Below are positions 35,627 through 45,771 of a stretch of 64,000 nt of DNA, in pieces. This DNA is from Gemmatimonadaceae bacterium. Its GTDB lineage: Bacteria; Gemmatimonadota; Gemmatimonadetes; Gemmatimonadales; Gemmatimonadaceae. The DNA lies in the NCBI GenBank assembly GCA_040902005.1, contig JBBDYA010000099.1, forward strand, positions 1 to 64,000, given 5' to 3'. The first letter of the stretch is position 1; each line of letters begins with the position of its first letter. The notes under the pieces are model-generated. The model was not told the origin of the DNA and searched no databases. It saw only the letters and a list, made by a program, of their open reading frames with translations. Made by a program: the position numbers and the translations under genes.

Positions 35627-38600
35627 CTACGCGTCCAGGGTGGTGGCGAGCGCGGCGCCGTCCCTGAGCAGGTCCGCCAGCTCGCCACGCGACGACACCC
35701 CCAGCTTGCTGAAGATGTTCGCCACGTGCGTCGTGACCGTGCGCGCCGAAATGCCCAGCGCGCCCGCGATCTCCTTGTTGGATTTGCGCGCGATCACCAG
35801 CCGCGCGATGTCCGTCTCGCGCTCGGTGAGCCTCGCCTTGCGCGAACCGCCGTCCGGACCCTTCGCCGGCAGGCGCATGCCGAGCAGCTTCATCATGTCG
35901 CGCGCGCGCTCCTGCTCCACGCGCGCGCCCAGTCCCGCGCACACTTCGTGGCTGCGGCGCAGTTCGCGGATGCCTCCCTCCCGATCGCCCATCCGGATCA
36001 TCACGTCGGCCAGCCAGCGACGCAGCCGTGCCGCGTCGTACACCCACGGAATCTTCTCGAGGTCGGCGATGGCCGAGCGGAGCAGTTCCGCCGACCGCGG
36101 ATAGTCCTCCTGGAGCCGCGCGATGATGCCGTCGCCGGCCGCCACCCAGACGAGCCCGAGCCGGTGGTTTAGTCGCTCGCAGTCCGTCACCATCCGATCG
36201 CGCAGGCGCGCGCCGAGCGCCACGTCCCGCTTGTAGAGCGCCGCCTCCGCCGTGACGGGCAGCAGCCGGTACGTTGCCCACACGATGTAGCCAGCGCGGT
36301 CGGCGATCGCGATTCCCTGCTCGCCGACCTCTACCGCCTTCGCATACTCGCCGATCGCCAGGTGGTAGCTCGCGAGCCCAGCGTACACGGCGACCTGGGA
36401 ATGCACCTCGATGGGACGCCCGCGCGCGGCGCGCCCAGCTCCCAGGCTTCGTCGAGATACTCCTTCGCCCGCTCGTAGTCGCCGCGCGCGGTGTAGAACT
36501 GCGTGACCCACACGAGCAGACGCGGCAGCAGCGTTCGCTGGTTCAGCGCGCGCGCGATGGCGATGGTCCGTTCCGATAGCGCGATGCCGCCGTCCCAGTT
36601 GCCACTGGCGAACGCGTACTGCATCGCGAGCTCGTCGGTGTGCACGCGCATCACCGGCGATTGCAGCTCATCCGCCAGCCGCTCACCCGGCTCCAGGTGC
36701 TGAAGCACGCGGTCGCCGTCGCCGGTCAGCCCGGCGAGCGTGGCCAGCCCGTAGTGCGCCGACCATTCCACGGTCTTGTCACCGATCTCCTCGGCGATTC
36801 GCAGCGCGCGCTCGCCGTGATCACGCGCCGTATCCGGCGGCCCCACGAAGATGTGCAGAAAGAGGAGCGCGCGATGCGCGCGGGCAAGCAGCGCCTTATC
36901 GCCCAGCCGCTCGGCGGTGGCCAGCGCCTGGCCGAGGTCACGCTCCGCATCCTGCGGCTTGCCAAGCGCCTGATAGCAGGTGCCGCGGTTCAGCTGGATC
37001 CGCGCGCGCAACATGTCATACTGGCCGGAGGCGGTGGGTGCGAGCGCCGCCTCGAAGTGCGCGAGCGCCTCCTCGAAGCGCCCGCTCCAGAAGCAGGCGA
37101 GTCCCATGCGGCGCTCCACCCGGGCGACGCGCGCCGTGTCGCCCCGCGCGCCGGCCTCTGTGCGCGCCCGCAGCCAGAGCGCCATCGCCGCGTCATATTC
37201 GCCGAGCCGCTGACGCGCCTGGGCCAGGTCGTCGGTGAGCGTGTCCCTGTCCAGCCCGTCCGACGGCCGATCCAGCGCCGCGGTGAGGTAGTCCGCCGCG
37301 GCGCGGTCGGCATGCCGCACCAGCGCGTCGCGTCCCGCCGCAGCGAGATACAACGCGGCTTTGCCCCCGTCATCGCTCGGGTCGGCGCGCGAGTAGTGGA
37401 ACGCCAGCCCGTCCGCGTGCGCCAGCGCCTGCGCGCCATGCAGGGTTTCCAGGGAGCGGGCTACGGCGGCGTGCAGCAGCCTCGTGCGCGCCGCGCCAAG
37501 CGCGTCGTACACCACGTCCTGGAGAATGGGATGGGTGAACTCGTAACTGGCGTCGCCGTCCGCGACTTCCACGAGCATGCCGGCCTTGCACAGCTCGTCC
37601 AGCGCGCCGAGCACCGCGTCGTTCGATAGCTCGCTCGCGTCGCGCAGAGGGTGGAAGCGCACGTGCGCGCCAATGACCGCCGCCACTCCCGCCACCGTGC
37701 GCGCTTCCGCGCTCAGGTGGTCCAGGCGTTTGCTCACCGCGGATCGCACGGACCTGGGCAGGTCGAGTTCCTGAACCTCCCAGCCAAGCCAGGGACCCGC
37801 CCCGTCGCGCTGATGCAGGCGCCCGGTCTCGACGAGCGTCTTGAGCGCCTCCTCCACGAAGAATGGATGCCCACGCGTCCAGGCGAACAGGCGCCGGCCG
37901 AGCTGGCGCGCGAGCGGGTGGTCCACGGAGAATGTTTCACACACGAGCTGCTCGATGTCGTGCTGGGCCAGCGCGTCCAGCCGCATCAGTTTGCCGGCAC
38001 CCAGGGCCAGCAGGGACTGCTCCATGTCGCGCAACGGCGGATTTTCGTCCAGTTCCGTTTCAGCGTACGTCGCGATGATCCCCACGCGCGCGTCGCCGAT
38101 CTGCCGCGCCACGAAGTGCAGGAGCTCCAGTGACGCGCCGTCCGCGAGGTGCAGGTTCTCGAGCACGAGCAGCAGCGGACGCTTCTCCGCAACGCGCCCG
38201 AGGAACTGCGCGCAGTTCCAAAGCAGTCGCGCCTTGCCATCCTGCCGTCCATCGGGGTCGTCCGTGGCGCTTTCCGTTCCGAAGGCCGGACAGATCGTCC
38301 CGAGCCATCCACCGCCGCGCGTGATCACATTGCGCGCGTTCGCATCCATATCGCGCAGCAATGCCGTGAGCGCGTCGGACCATACGGCATACGGAACGCC
38401 GGTTTCCACGGTATAGACCCGCCCGATCGCAGCCTGCCACTGATCGCGTTCCGCGCGCTCGAGCAGCGCCTTCGCGAGACGGGTTTTCCCGATGCCGGAC
38501 TGCCCCGCGATGATCTGGACGCCCCCACGACCGCCGCCCACGTCACTCATCCAGTCGGCCAGGAGCGAGAGTTCGCTCGCGCGGCCTACGTGCGGAAGCG

Positions 38601-38631
38601 CCTTGAACGCGGGAGCGGCCCGGGGGGTCAT
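35627..38631 (-). pseudogene. STAND AAA-ATPase/TPR/LuxR-HTH regulator split by a frameshift near 36435 (mutation or assembly error)
   Basis: Frame 1 has GQSGIGKT, LLVLENLH, GHPFF, FTHPIL and TPRs up to EYLDEAWELG. Frame 2 continues RAARGRPIEVHSQVAVY, TPRs, LTERE..SNKEIAGALGISARTVTTHVANIFSKLGVSSR. Confidence 0.85.
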
Positions 38632-38665
38632 GGAGGGAATCTGCGCGGGGACCGCGCTGGCGCCA

Positions 38666-38758
38666 GTTCTCGGCGCACCTATCGGGTTCGCCGACCGGCG
38701 CGCGTGGCGCGCCGCCGAGAACCTACCGGCCGAGAACTCCAGGCGGCCGGCCGAGAAC
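38666..38758. repeat. REP-like element, copy D (degenerate)
   Basis: GTTCTCGG at 38666; CCGAC-hairpin CGGCGCGC-GTG-GCGCGCCG, then CCGAGAAC-CTAC and two more CCGAGAAC ending at 38737 and 38758. Confidence 0.75.
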
Positions 38759-39451
38759 TTTCGCCGAAACCTCCACCGGCTGCGCGGCATCGAGTCCACG
38801 CTCGGTATACATCCGCGTCAGATACCGCTGCCCTTCCCCGATGCGCTCGACCTCCAGCGCGATCGTGTCCACTCCCTGCTCCACCCGGGCGAAACGCTCG
38901 TAGAGCTCCTGCGGTACCTGCGACACCACCGTGGCGCCGCGCCGCCAGATCCGGCGGGCATAGGCGATGGTGAGCGGCAGGATGATGACGAGCATGAACA
39001 GCCCGGAGAGCACCCAGAACTCTTCCGGCGGACCTTGCTGGGGGGGGCGGGGCGGATCCGGAACGACCGCGCCGGGCACCGCCGCGGCGCGCGCGACCGC
39101 CGCCTCGGATTCGGCGATCTGTGTCTCCACGCTCGCCAGGCGCTCGTCGATCGCCACGAGACGCGCCTGCAGCCCCTGGGCATTCGCGTCGGACGGACGC
39201 CCGGGATCCTCCGTGAGTTGCTCGGCGATTTCCTCACGCTGGTCTATCAGACGTTCGCGCTGGTTGATCAGTTCCCGGCGCTGGTTGCGGAACGCCTCGT
39301 AGATCGCGCTCGGCGAGTTGTCCGACAACGTGAAGACCTGCGCCTGCGACCCCTGCGCCGCCTGCGGCGCTTGGGGCGCTTGGGGCGCTTGGGGCGCTTG
39401 CTGCGGCAGTAGCTGGGGTTGGACTATGACGGCCTTTACGTTGAATCGCAT
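38723..39451 (-). CDS. Hypothetical single-pass membrane protein with coiled coils and QAP repeats
   Basis: QAPQAPQAPQAPQA, a coiled coil, TM VLSGLFMLVIILPLTIAYA, then ERFARVEQGVDTIALEVERIGEGQRYLT; start uncertain. Confidence 0.75.
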   Translation of the reverse strand: MRFNVKAVIVQPQLLPQQAPQAPQAPQAPQAAQGSQAQVFTLSDNSPSAIYEAFRNQRRELINQRERLIDQREEIAEQLTEDPGRPSDANAQGLQARLVAIDERLASVETQIAESEAAVARAAAVPGAVVPDPPRPPQQGPPEEFWVLSGLFMLVIILPLTIAYARRIWRRGATVVSQVPQELYERFARVEQGVDTIALEVERIGEGQRYLTRMYTERGLDAAQPVEVSAKVLGRPPGVLGR

Positions 39452-39523
39452 AAGGGGATCATGTGGCTAATGTCCTTCGGCGTGCTCAGCATTCGGACGG
39501 GAAGACGCGCGAGCAGGATGACC

Positions 39524-41476
39524 TCACGACGGCGCCCCCCGGGTCAACGTTTCAGTCCCCCCCCCGATCCCGGGAATGGAAACACCGCCGCTGAGGGCGC
39601 GGAGCCGCTCTTCCAATCTGGCCTTCTCCGCATCCAGACGCGACCGCGCATCGGCAATCCGGCGATCGCTCTCGGCGCGCAACTCCACGATCCGTGCGCG
39701 TACGGGCGCCGACCTCTCCTCCACCACCCGATCCACCTCGGCACGCACCTTCGTCTGCATCGCCGTCACTTCCTCGCCGATCACCGCGCGCAGACGAGCA
39801 GCGATCTGGCGGTCCAGGTTCGACCGCACGGCCAGCCGAGGCGCCGCAATCGTTCCGCTCACATCCGCGACGAGATCCAACTCGCGGATGCCCGTGAGCG
39901 CGCGTGCCACCAACGTTTCGATGGAGTTCATCGCGCGCGCGCGCGCGGAGTCCGTTGACCAGGTCAGGTCGCCGGACCGCACGGACCAGCGCCCCGCCAG
40001 CCGATCCCCGTCGAGCATGAAACGCAGTTCGCTCGTTCCACGCCCCGGATCCATGGTGTATGGCAGCACCGGCAGCGCGAGCGGAGGCAGCCGGACGCCG
40101 GACGCATTGACGTTCACCACCTCGCGCGCGTTCGCGCTCACGTGGTCGATCGATCCGGTGATGCGCACGGAATCGACGTCGCCGCCACCGACCCGGCGCG
40201 CGGCAAACAGCGTGGGCCGGCCGACGATGGCCGGCTCCGTGGTGATGTCGCTCGCCGCGATCGCGTACTCTCCCGCCGCGGCCCCCCCCCCACCCCCGAT
40301 AGACACATTCACGTCCGCCCGGCGCAGCAGGAACCGCGGATGGCTCTCTTGCCTGGCGAAGTGGAGGGTGGTGCCGGAACGGCGGCGGCGTTGCGGCCCG
40401 ACAGACTCGCGCGGCAGCAGCCCCGGCGGCGCGTGCTCGCGCGCGAGCGTCGCCCAATACACGGCCTGCTGAAAGCGATCGATCGTCACCTTGCCGAACA
40501 ACGCCGCGCCAATGTCAGGGGCGTCGAACGTGGGCAGCTTCAGGAGGCCGCGCGCGAACGCGTAGTCCTCCCGCCGGGCCGCGTCGATCGCGCCAACGCC
40601 GGCCTGAAGGGTGTCGATGCCGCGGCGTGCGTCCGCGACCAGCGCGTCCACGCGGCGTTTCGCGGAATCGATGCGCGCACTCGCGGTACGCAGGTCGGTC
40701 ACGGCGCGCCTGGCGCCGTCGAGCCCCAGCGTGCGCACATTCGTCCCCTGCAATCGCGTGGCGAGCGCCGCGGAAGAGTCCAGGGTCTCCTGGAGCCGCA
40801 GCGAAGCGTACGCGGCCTCGATGGCCGACTTCACCGAGTCCGCGCTGTGCCCCAGCGCGACGGTCGCCTGCACCGCGTGCAACTGCGACGGATCGAGTGC
40901 GATGGCCCGAAACGTGTCGAATGGCGTGAGTGACAGCAGCGGCACGTTGAATTGTCCCGCGAACCGCCGCACCTCCGCGAGCGCGCGCGGCGCGAAGCCG
41001 CCGCCGGTGGACGGCTGTGCGGGCGTCTCTCGGCGCGTGCTCGTGCGGACGTCCGTGATGCCGAGCCGCCGCACGACGATCTTCTTCTCCAGCAACGGGC
41101 GCGGCTCCAGCTCGAGCCGCAGGCGCGCTATCTCAAACAGGTTCCGGTTGGGATCGAACGGGTCCGCGAGCGTGATGCCGCGCAGCTCCACCGTGGTCGC
41201 CATGATGGCGACGCGCGCTTCCGCGATGTCGAACTGGGCGCCCATCGCGTCGGTGCCCGCCTCGGACAGCGTGGTGCGAAGGATTCGCCCGCCAAAGAGT
41301 GTCCAGCCGGCGAACGTCAGCGCGCCGGCGAGCACGAGCGGGATGATCCCCTGCCACCGGAACACGCGGACGCGCTTCGTTGCCTTCGCGCCCGGGTGTG
41401 TCGGGGAACCGCTCGGACCTGTCGGTGGGGTGTACGGCGACGGTTCGCTGTTACGGACGGAACCAGGTGTAAACAT
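39524..41476 (-). CDS. TIGR03545-family membrane-anchored protein (AsmA-like N-terminus)
   Basis: VFRWQGIIPL-TM, LADPFDPNRNLFE, PLLEKKIVV, coiled coils, LAVRSNLD; directly follows a TIGR03546-like gene. Start uncertain. Confidence 0.7.
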   Translation of the reverse strand: MFTPGSVRNSEPSPYTPPTGPSGSPTHPGAKATKRVRVFRWQGIIPLVLAGALTFAGWTLFGGRILRTTLSEAGTDAMGAQFDIAEARVAIMATTVELRGITLADPFDPNRNLFEIARLRLELEPRPLLEKKIVVRRLGITDVRTSTRRETPAQPSTGGGFAPRALAEVRRFAGQFNVPLLSLTPFDTFRAIALDPSQLHAVQATVALGHSADSVKSAIEAAYASLRLQETLDSSAALATRLQGTNVRTLGLDGARRAVTDLRTASARIDSAKRRVDALVADARRGIDTLQAGVGAIDAARREDYAFARGLLKLPTFDAPDIGAALFGKVTIDRFQQAVYWATLAREHAPPGLLPRESVGPQRRRRSGTTLHFARQESHPRFLLRRADVNVSIGGGGGAAAGEYAIAASDITTEPAIVGRPTLFAARRVGGGDVDSVRITGSIDHVSANAREVVNVNASGVRLPPLALPVLPYTMDPGRGTSELRFMLDGDRLAGRWSVRSGDLTWSTDSARARAMNSIETLVARALTGIRELDLVADVSGTIAAPRLAVRSNLDRQIAARLRAVIGEEVTAMQTKVRAEVDRVVEERSAPVRARIVELRAESDRRIADARSRLDAEKARLEERLRALSGGVSIPGIGGGTETLTRGAPS

Positions 41477-41969
41477 TGTACAGCTTGGAGGCCTGTAGCG
41501 TTTTGTAATAGCGGGAGTGTCGCACGCGCTCGCCGATGGTGGCACGGTAGCGCACCACGCCGTACCGCGCGGCGATGTAGATGGGGACGAACAGCAGGAG
41601 CCAGCCGGCCACGCTGCCGAGGACGACCGTATTGGTGAAGTTCGTGAGCGCGAGTCCCGGCACGTTGTCCCACGCGGTCCACAGCGGCTGGAGCGCGGGT
41701 TGGCCAACGAGCAACCAATGACCCAGCCGGTCGAAGAGGGGATCGAGCAGGAACCCGACGGGAACGAAGAGCGCCCACGCGAACAGCCCCGCCGCGAACG
41801 ACACGTTCAGTATCGCGAGCAGGAGCAGCACGACGAGATTGTGCGCGTTCATGATGGGCGTGAGACCGAGCGCCGCTCCCAGCGCGATGCCGAACGCGAT
41901 CTGCGCGGGGGTGCCGTCCGAATGCAGTGTCTTGACCAGCGACCGCAGAAGCTTGATCAGGAGGAGCAT
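41451..41969 (-). CDS. TIGR03546 / DUF2062-family membrane protein
   Basis: LHSDGTPAQIAFGIALG..LGLTP, LDPLFDRLG..LL, LWT...NVP....FTNTVVLGS. Confidence 0.8.
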   Translation of the reverse strand: MLLLIKLLRSLVKTLHSDGTPAQIAFGIALGAALGLTPIMNAHNLVVLLLLAILNVSFAAGLFAWALFVPVGFLLDPLFDRLGHWLLVGQPALQPLWTAWDNVPGLALTNFTNTVVLGSVAGWLLLFVPIYIAARYGVVRYRATIGERVRHSRYYKTLQASKLYNVYTWFRP

Positions 41970-42739
41970 CAGGGTTTCTTCGTCTTCTCGACGGACTGCA
42001 TGACGATGGGACGCTTGGTCCAGATCGCGATCGCACCACAGAAGCGACCGGCCCCGCCGCCGCGGATGAACTCGGGCGGAACGGAGCCGAGCGTGCGATA
42101 GATCTCCACGCCCTCGATGTCGAACGGATGGACGGTATTGATGTCGATGCCGGCCGCATACTGGCCGTCGACGAAGATCGAGGGCTGGCACGTGCGCGAT
42201 TGGTACATCGCGAACTGGATGGGGGTCGTGCCGTTCCGGGGAGGATACACGATCAGACCGGCCTGATCGCGCAGCATTTGGGACAGCTGCGAGGGATTTC
42301 GCCTCTCGATCTCTTCCCGGCTGATGAAGCGGCCGATGCCCTGCGCGCGCCGTTCGTCGAAGTTCCGGAGCATGGTCGAGGCGCGCACCTCCATCCCCTG
42401 CACCTCCACGCTGCCGAGCGCGTGCGCGACCTGGTTGAGCACCACCTCGACCGTGTTCCCCGCCGCGTCGTCGGTGGACAGCGTGAAGGTCATCTGCTCG
42501 TATCCCATCCGCCGGATCACGATGGTGATGCTGTCGGCGCGCGGCAGCACGAGCACGAACGTGCCGGCGGAGTCGGTGCGGGTCGCCTCGTCGTTCAGAG
42601 CGACGGAGGCCGCCACGATGGCCGCCCCCAGGCTGTCACGAACGACGCCGGAGAGCAGCCGTGTTTGCGCGAGACTCTCGCCTGCGAGCGCGAACACCGC
42701 CGCGACTCCTGCCATGATACCGACACCGCGATGCATCAT
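41969..42739 (-). CDS. Exported CarboxypepD_reg + TonB-plug-like protein with no barrel
   Basis: SGVVRDS..TDSAGTF..RRMGY; FDERRAQGIGRFISREEI; CQPSIFVDG...DIEGVEIY..VPPEF...CGAIAIWTK. TGATG overlap with the next gene. Confidence 0.78.
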   Translation of the reverse strand: MMHRGVGIMAGVAAVFALAGESLAQTRLLSGVVRDSLGAAIVAASVALNDEATRTDSAGTFVLVLPRADSITIVIRRMGYEQMTFTLSTDDAAGNTVEVVLNQVAHALGSVEVQGMEVRASTMLRNFDERRAQGIGRFISREEIERRNPSQLSQMLRDQAGLIVYPPRNGTTPIQFAMYQSRTCQPSIFVDGQYAAGIDINTVHPFDIEGVEIYRTLGSVPPEFIRGGGAGRFCGAIAIWTKRPIVMQSVEKTKKP

Positions 42740-42902
42740 GAGACGGACGACCTGAAAGGGGTGGAGTAAAGATGCCAGCGGGCGCGACCACGCGTGAGTC
42801 CCCTTTCCATATATATCGTCCCCGCGCCAGCATCGTTCCACCGCTTGGCCCGCCGGAGCACGGCTCGTCACACGAGCGCCATGGACCCTCCGGTCGTTCG
42901 CG

Positions 42903-45602
42903 CTACCTGCTGAGCCAGTACGCCGCCTTGATCAGGAAGATATTGGTGGGCCGCTCGCGGAAGATCGCCCCCACGTCCCGCTGCGTATCGAACTCGAAAT
43001 CCACCTCGGTGCCGCTGCGCTGTTGCTGCCACACGAAGAACAGCGTGGAGCCGGGACGATACTCCCACCGGACCACCGCGTTCCCGCGCAGGGAGTGCAG
43101 GTTGAAGTTCGGGTTCCCCACGGTGAACGCCGCGGACGTGCCCGCGCCGTCCGGGTCGATCGTGAAGTCAACAATCCGGCCGTCGGCGTTGGTGTTGGCC
43201 GCGATCGTTCCCTGGTCCTGCCCGTACACCGCGAAGTCATATCCGCGCGGCGTGGTGAACTCCTTCAGCGCGTGATACCGCCCCACTGCGACGAACGGCT
43301 GGATGTAGCTCTGGAGACTCAGCCGCGGCGTCAGCGTCCATTCCACGCGCGTATCCATGGAGAGCGTGGACTGATCGAGATTCGCGAATACGTATCGGGT
43401 GCCGTAGGTCTGCGTCGCGTTCGCGTCCGTCATGGCAGTGACGTACTGCGACGTGCTGAACTGTTTGTAGTAGTTGGGACCGAACGTGAGGCGCACATTG
43501 CTCGTGGGACGCGTCTCCATGTAAACGCCGCCGTTGGCGCTCCACGCGTCGTCTCCCGCGAACCCTGAGTAGTTGATGTACGGGTTGAACCACACCTTGC
43601 GGCGGGTGTCCGAGTTGAGCCACGCATTCATGTGATAGCTGCGCGGGGGACCTGCCAGCGGGCCGCCGCGCAACAGGCGGTCATTGTAGTATTTCAGCCC
43701 CGCGTTGCCGCTGATGCCGCCCGACCAGAAGTTGTTGAACGTCGCGCTGGAGCTGCCGCCGACGGACTGGAAGATGGGCGTGCCGTCGAAGTTCCAGGCG
43801 TGGTTGGACCACACTCCCGCAAAGTTGTTCTGCGTGTACTTCCCCTTCGCGTTCGACTGGTGCCCCCAGAAGGGCGACACCGCGCGGTAGTCCACACGGC
43901 CGTGGAAACCGACGTCGTTGATCTCGAAGCCCGGACTTACCTCCTTGACGGCGAGCGACCCAAACCAGGAGCCCGTCGAGGCGAGCGCCACCTCGTTATA
44001 CCTGCCGGTGAGCGACGTGCGCGTGGGATCGAAGGCGAGCGCGGTGGCGTCGGGCCGCTGGAAGTAGTGCGTGCTGTTGCGCTGAAGGTTGGTGATCACC
44101 TGCGCGCTCCCGTTCACCTGGCTGGCCAGAGAGAATCCGCTCACGACGTACTTTCCTTCGCTCCACCGGTGCTCGAAGTCCACGCCGGCGAAGCCCGCGC
44201 TGGCGCTGAGCGAGTTGGTGAACAGCGGAGACTGCTGGCGGTTCACCAGCGTGCCCATGCCGCCGATGATGGATTGTCCGCGCCGGAATTCGCGCCGCAC
44301 GCGTCCCGCGAGGAAGTTGGCCATCGGCTCCACGGCCGTGGAGGAATCGATCGCCCCGGACGGACCCGCCACGCGCGCGCGCTCCTCCGCGGTGAGCGCG
44401 TTCAGGAATCCGACGGTCCACGGCCCCATCTTCCCGGTGACCTTCGCGGCGCCTGCGATCGTCGTCTGCGAGGGCATGTCCACGTACGCGATGTCCGCGC
44501 CGCTCGGCGTGCGCTGCGGTGCGCGCCCGATGCGCCGCGTGTAGAAGAACGTCTGGCCGCCGTAGTCGTTGTGGTAACGCAGGCGTCCGAACGAGAAGAC
44601 ATCGGACCCCTCGAGGAAGTACGGCCGCTTCTCCTGGAACGACGTCTCGAACGCGCTCAGGTTCACCACCGCGGGATCGAGCTCCACCTGACCGAAGTCC
44701 GGATTGATCGTCGCCGTGAGCGTAAGACCGCCCGGTAATCCGTACCGGATGTCGGCACCCAGGCCGGGGCTCGCGTCCGTCTGCCTGAAGAAGGGATTGG
44801 CCGCGTTGCCCGGAGCCCGCGTCACCGTGGTGCTCGCGTACGGCACGATCTCGAGTCGCTGCGGCTGCGAGAGATCCACCAGTCCGGTGAGGTCGCCAAA
44901 ACGCGACACGAAGCCGCGTCCGTCCGGCACCCACGGAGAGTAGGCCACCCGTTCGTTGCGACGGGCCACGTCCCGCATCACCTGGAATCCCCACACGCGC
45001 TCCTGGCCCTTCGGCGTGTTGCCGAACCGGAGCTGCGACAGCGGAATGCGATACTCGGCAACCCAGCCAAGGGAATCGATGCGCGTGGCCACGTCCCACA
45101 CGGCGTCCCAGTTCCCGTCCTCATTGTTGTCGTTCGACGTGTAGACGTCCCGCTGCACGCCGCGCGGATTCACCGTGAAGCGAAAGCCGGTTCGCCGGTC
45201 GTAGTACGAATCCACGATGACGTGAATCCAGTCGGAATAGATCCCCGTCGCGTCGCGCCGAGCGAGCTGGGCCGCGATCGAATCCGGACTGGAATCGAAG
45301 GCGCGCACGCCGACGTACAGCGCGTCGCTGTCGTACAGCACCCGCACCTCTGTGGGATCGGTGCCGGGGGTGCCGGGGTTGGGCCAGCTCTGCACGAAAT
45401 CCCGTGCCGACTCGGCGTTCTGCCACGCCGCTTCGTCCAACTTGCCGTCGAGGGTGATCGCGCCTTCCAGGCGGCTCGCCCGCATCGTGGCTACCTGCGC
45501 TGTAGCGCCAAGGGCAGGCCGCACGGCATTCTGGGACAGTCCCTCGCCAGCAAACAGCAAGGTCAGTGCGGCGGCAACGAAGCCACGGCGTGGCAGACTC
45601 AT
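42903..45602 (-). CDS. DUF5916 / CBM9-like outer-membrane beta-barrel protein
   Basis: LDGKLDEAAW, TEVRVLYD, WVAEYRIPLSQLRF, INPDFGQVELD, EKRPYFLEG, YTRRIG; aromatic C-terminal strand FLIKAAYWLSR. Confidence 0.85.
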   Translation of the reverse strand: MSLPRRGFVAAALTLLFAGEGLSQNAVRPALGATAQVATMRASRLEGAITLDGKLDEAAWQNAESARDFVQSWPNPGTPGTDPTEVRVLYDSDALYVGVRAFDSSPDSIAAQLARRDATGIYSDWIHVIVDSYYDRRTGFRFTVNPRGVQRDVYTSNDNNEDGNWDAVWDVATRIDSLGWVAEYRIPLSQLRFGNTPKGQERVWGFQVMRDVARRNERVAYSPWVPDGRGFVSRFGDLTGLVDLSQPQRLEIVPYASTTVTRAPGNAANPFFRQTDASPGLGADIRYGLPGGLTLTATINPDFGQVELDPAVVNLSAFETSFQEKRPYFLEGSDVFSFGRLRYHNDYGGQTFFYTRRIGRAPQRTPSGADIAYVDMPSQTTIAGAAKVTGKMGPWTVGFLNALTAEERARVAGPSGAIDSSTAVEPMANFLAGRVRREFRRGQSIIGGMGTLVNRQQSPLFTNSLSASAGFAGVDFEHRWSEGKYVVSGFSLASQVNGSAQVITNLQRNSTHYFQRPDATALAFDPTRTSLTGRYNEVALASTGSWFGSLAVKEVSPGFEINDVGFHGRVDYRAVSPFWGHQSNAKGKYTQNNFAGVWSNHAWNFDGTPIFQSVGGSSSATFNNFWSGGISGNAGLKYYNDRLLRGGPLAGPPRSYHMNAWLNSDTRRKVWFNPYINYSGFAGDDAWSANGGVYMETRPTSNVRLTFGPNYYKQFSTSQYVTAMTDANATQTYGTRYVFANLDQSTLSMDTRVEWTLTPRLSLQSYIQPFVAVGRYHALKEFTTPRGYDFAVYGQDQGTIAANTNADGRIVDFTIDPDGAGTSAAFTVGNPNFNLHSLRGNAVVRWEYRPGSTLFFVWQQQRSGTEVDFEFDTQRDVGAIFRERPTNIFLIKAAYWLSR

Positions 45603-45771
45603 GACGGGAGCTCCAAGGGGGATGGAATCTGGAAACTCCCTGTATGACACCGACGGCTGTCAATTCGTTGGTGCGCCGGATCGACGAGGTGCAGTCCGGC
45701 GCCGCCGGAATGTGACCGGGCGCTTTAGCTCGCTGTCTGGCGGATGAAGAAACTGAAATCAGCGACCATTG

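Noticed and set aside
35627..38631. STAND ATPase as an Avs-type antiphage system
   Set aside because: The C-terminus is a LuxR HTH and no effector domain is present, which fits a MalT-like transcription regulator.
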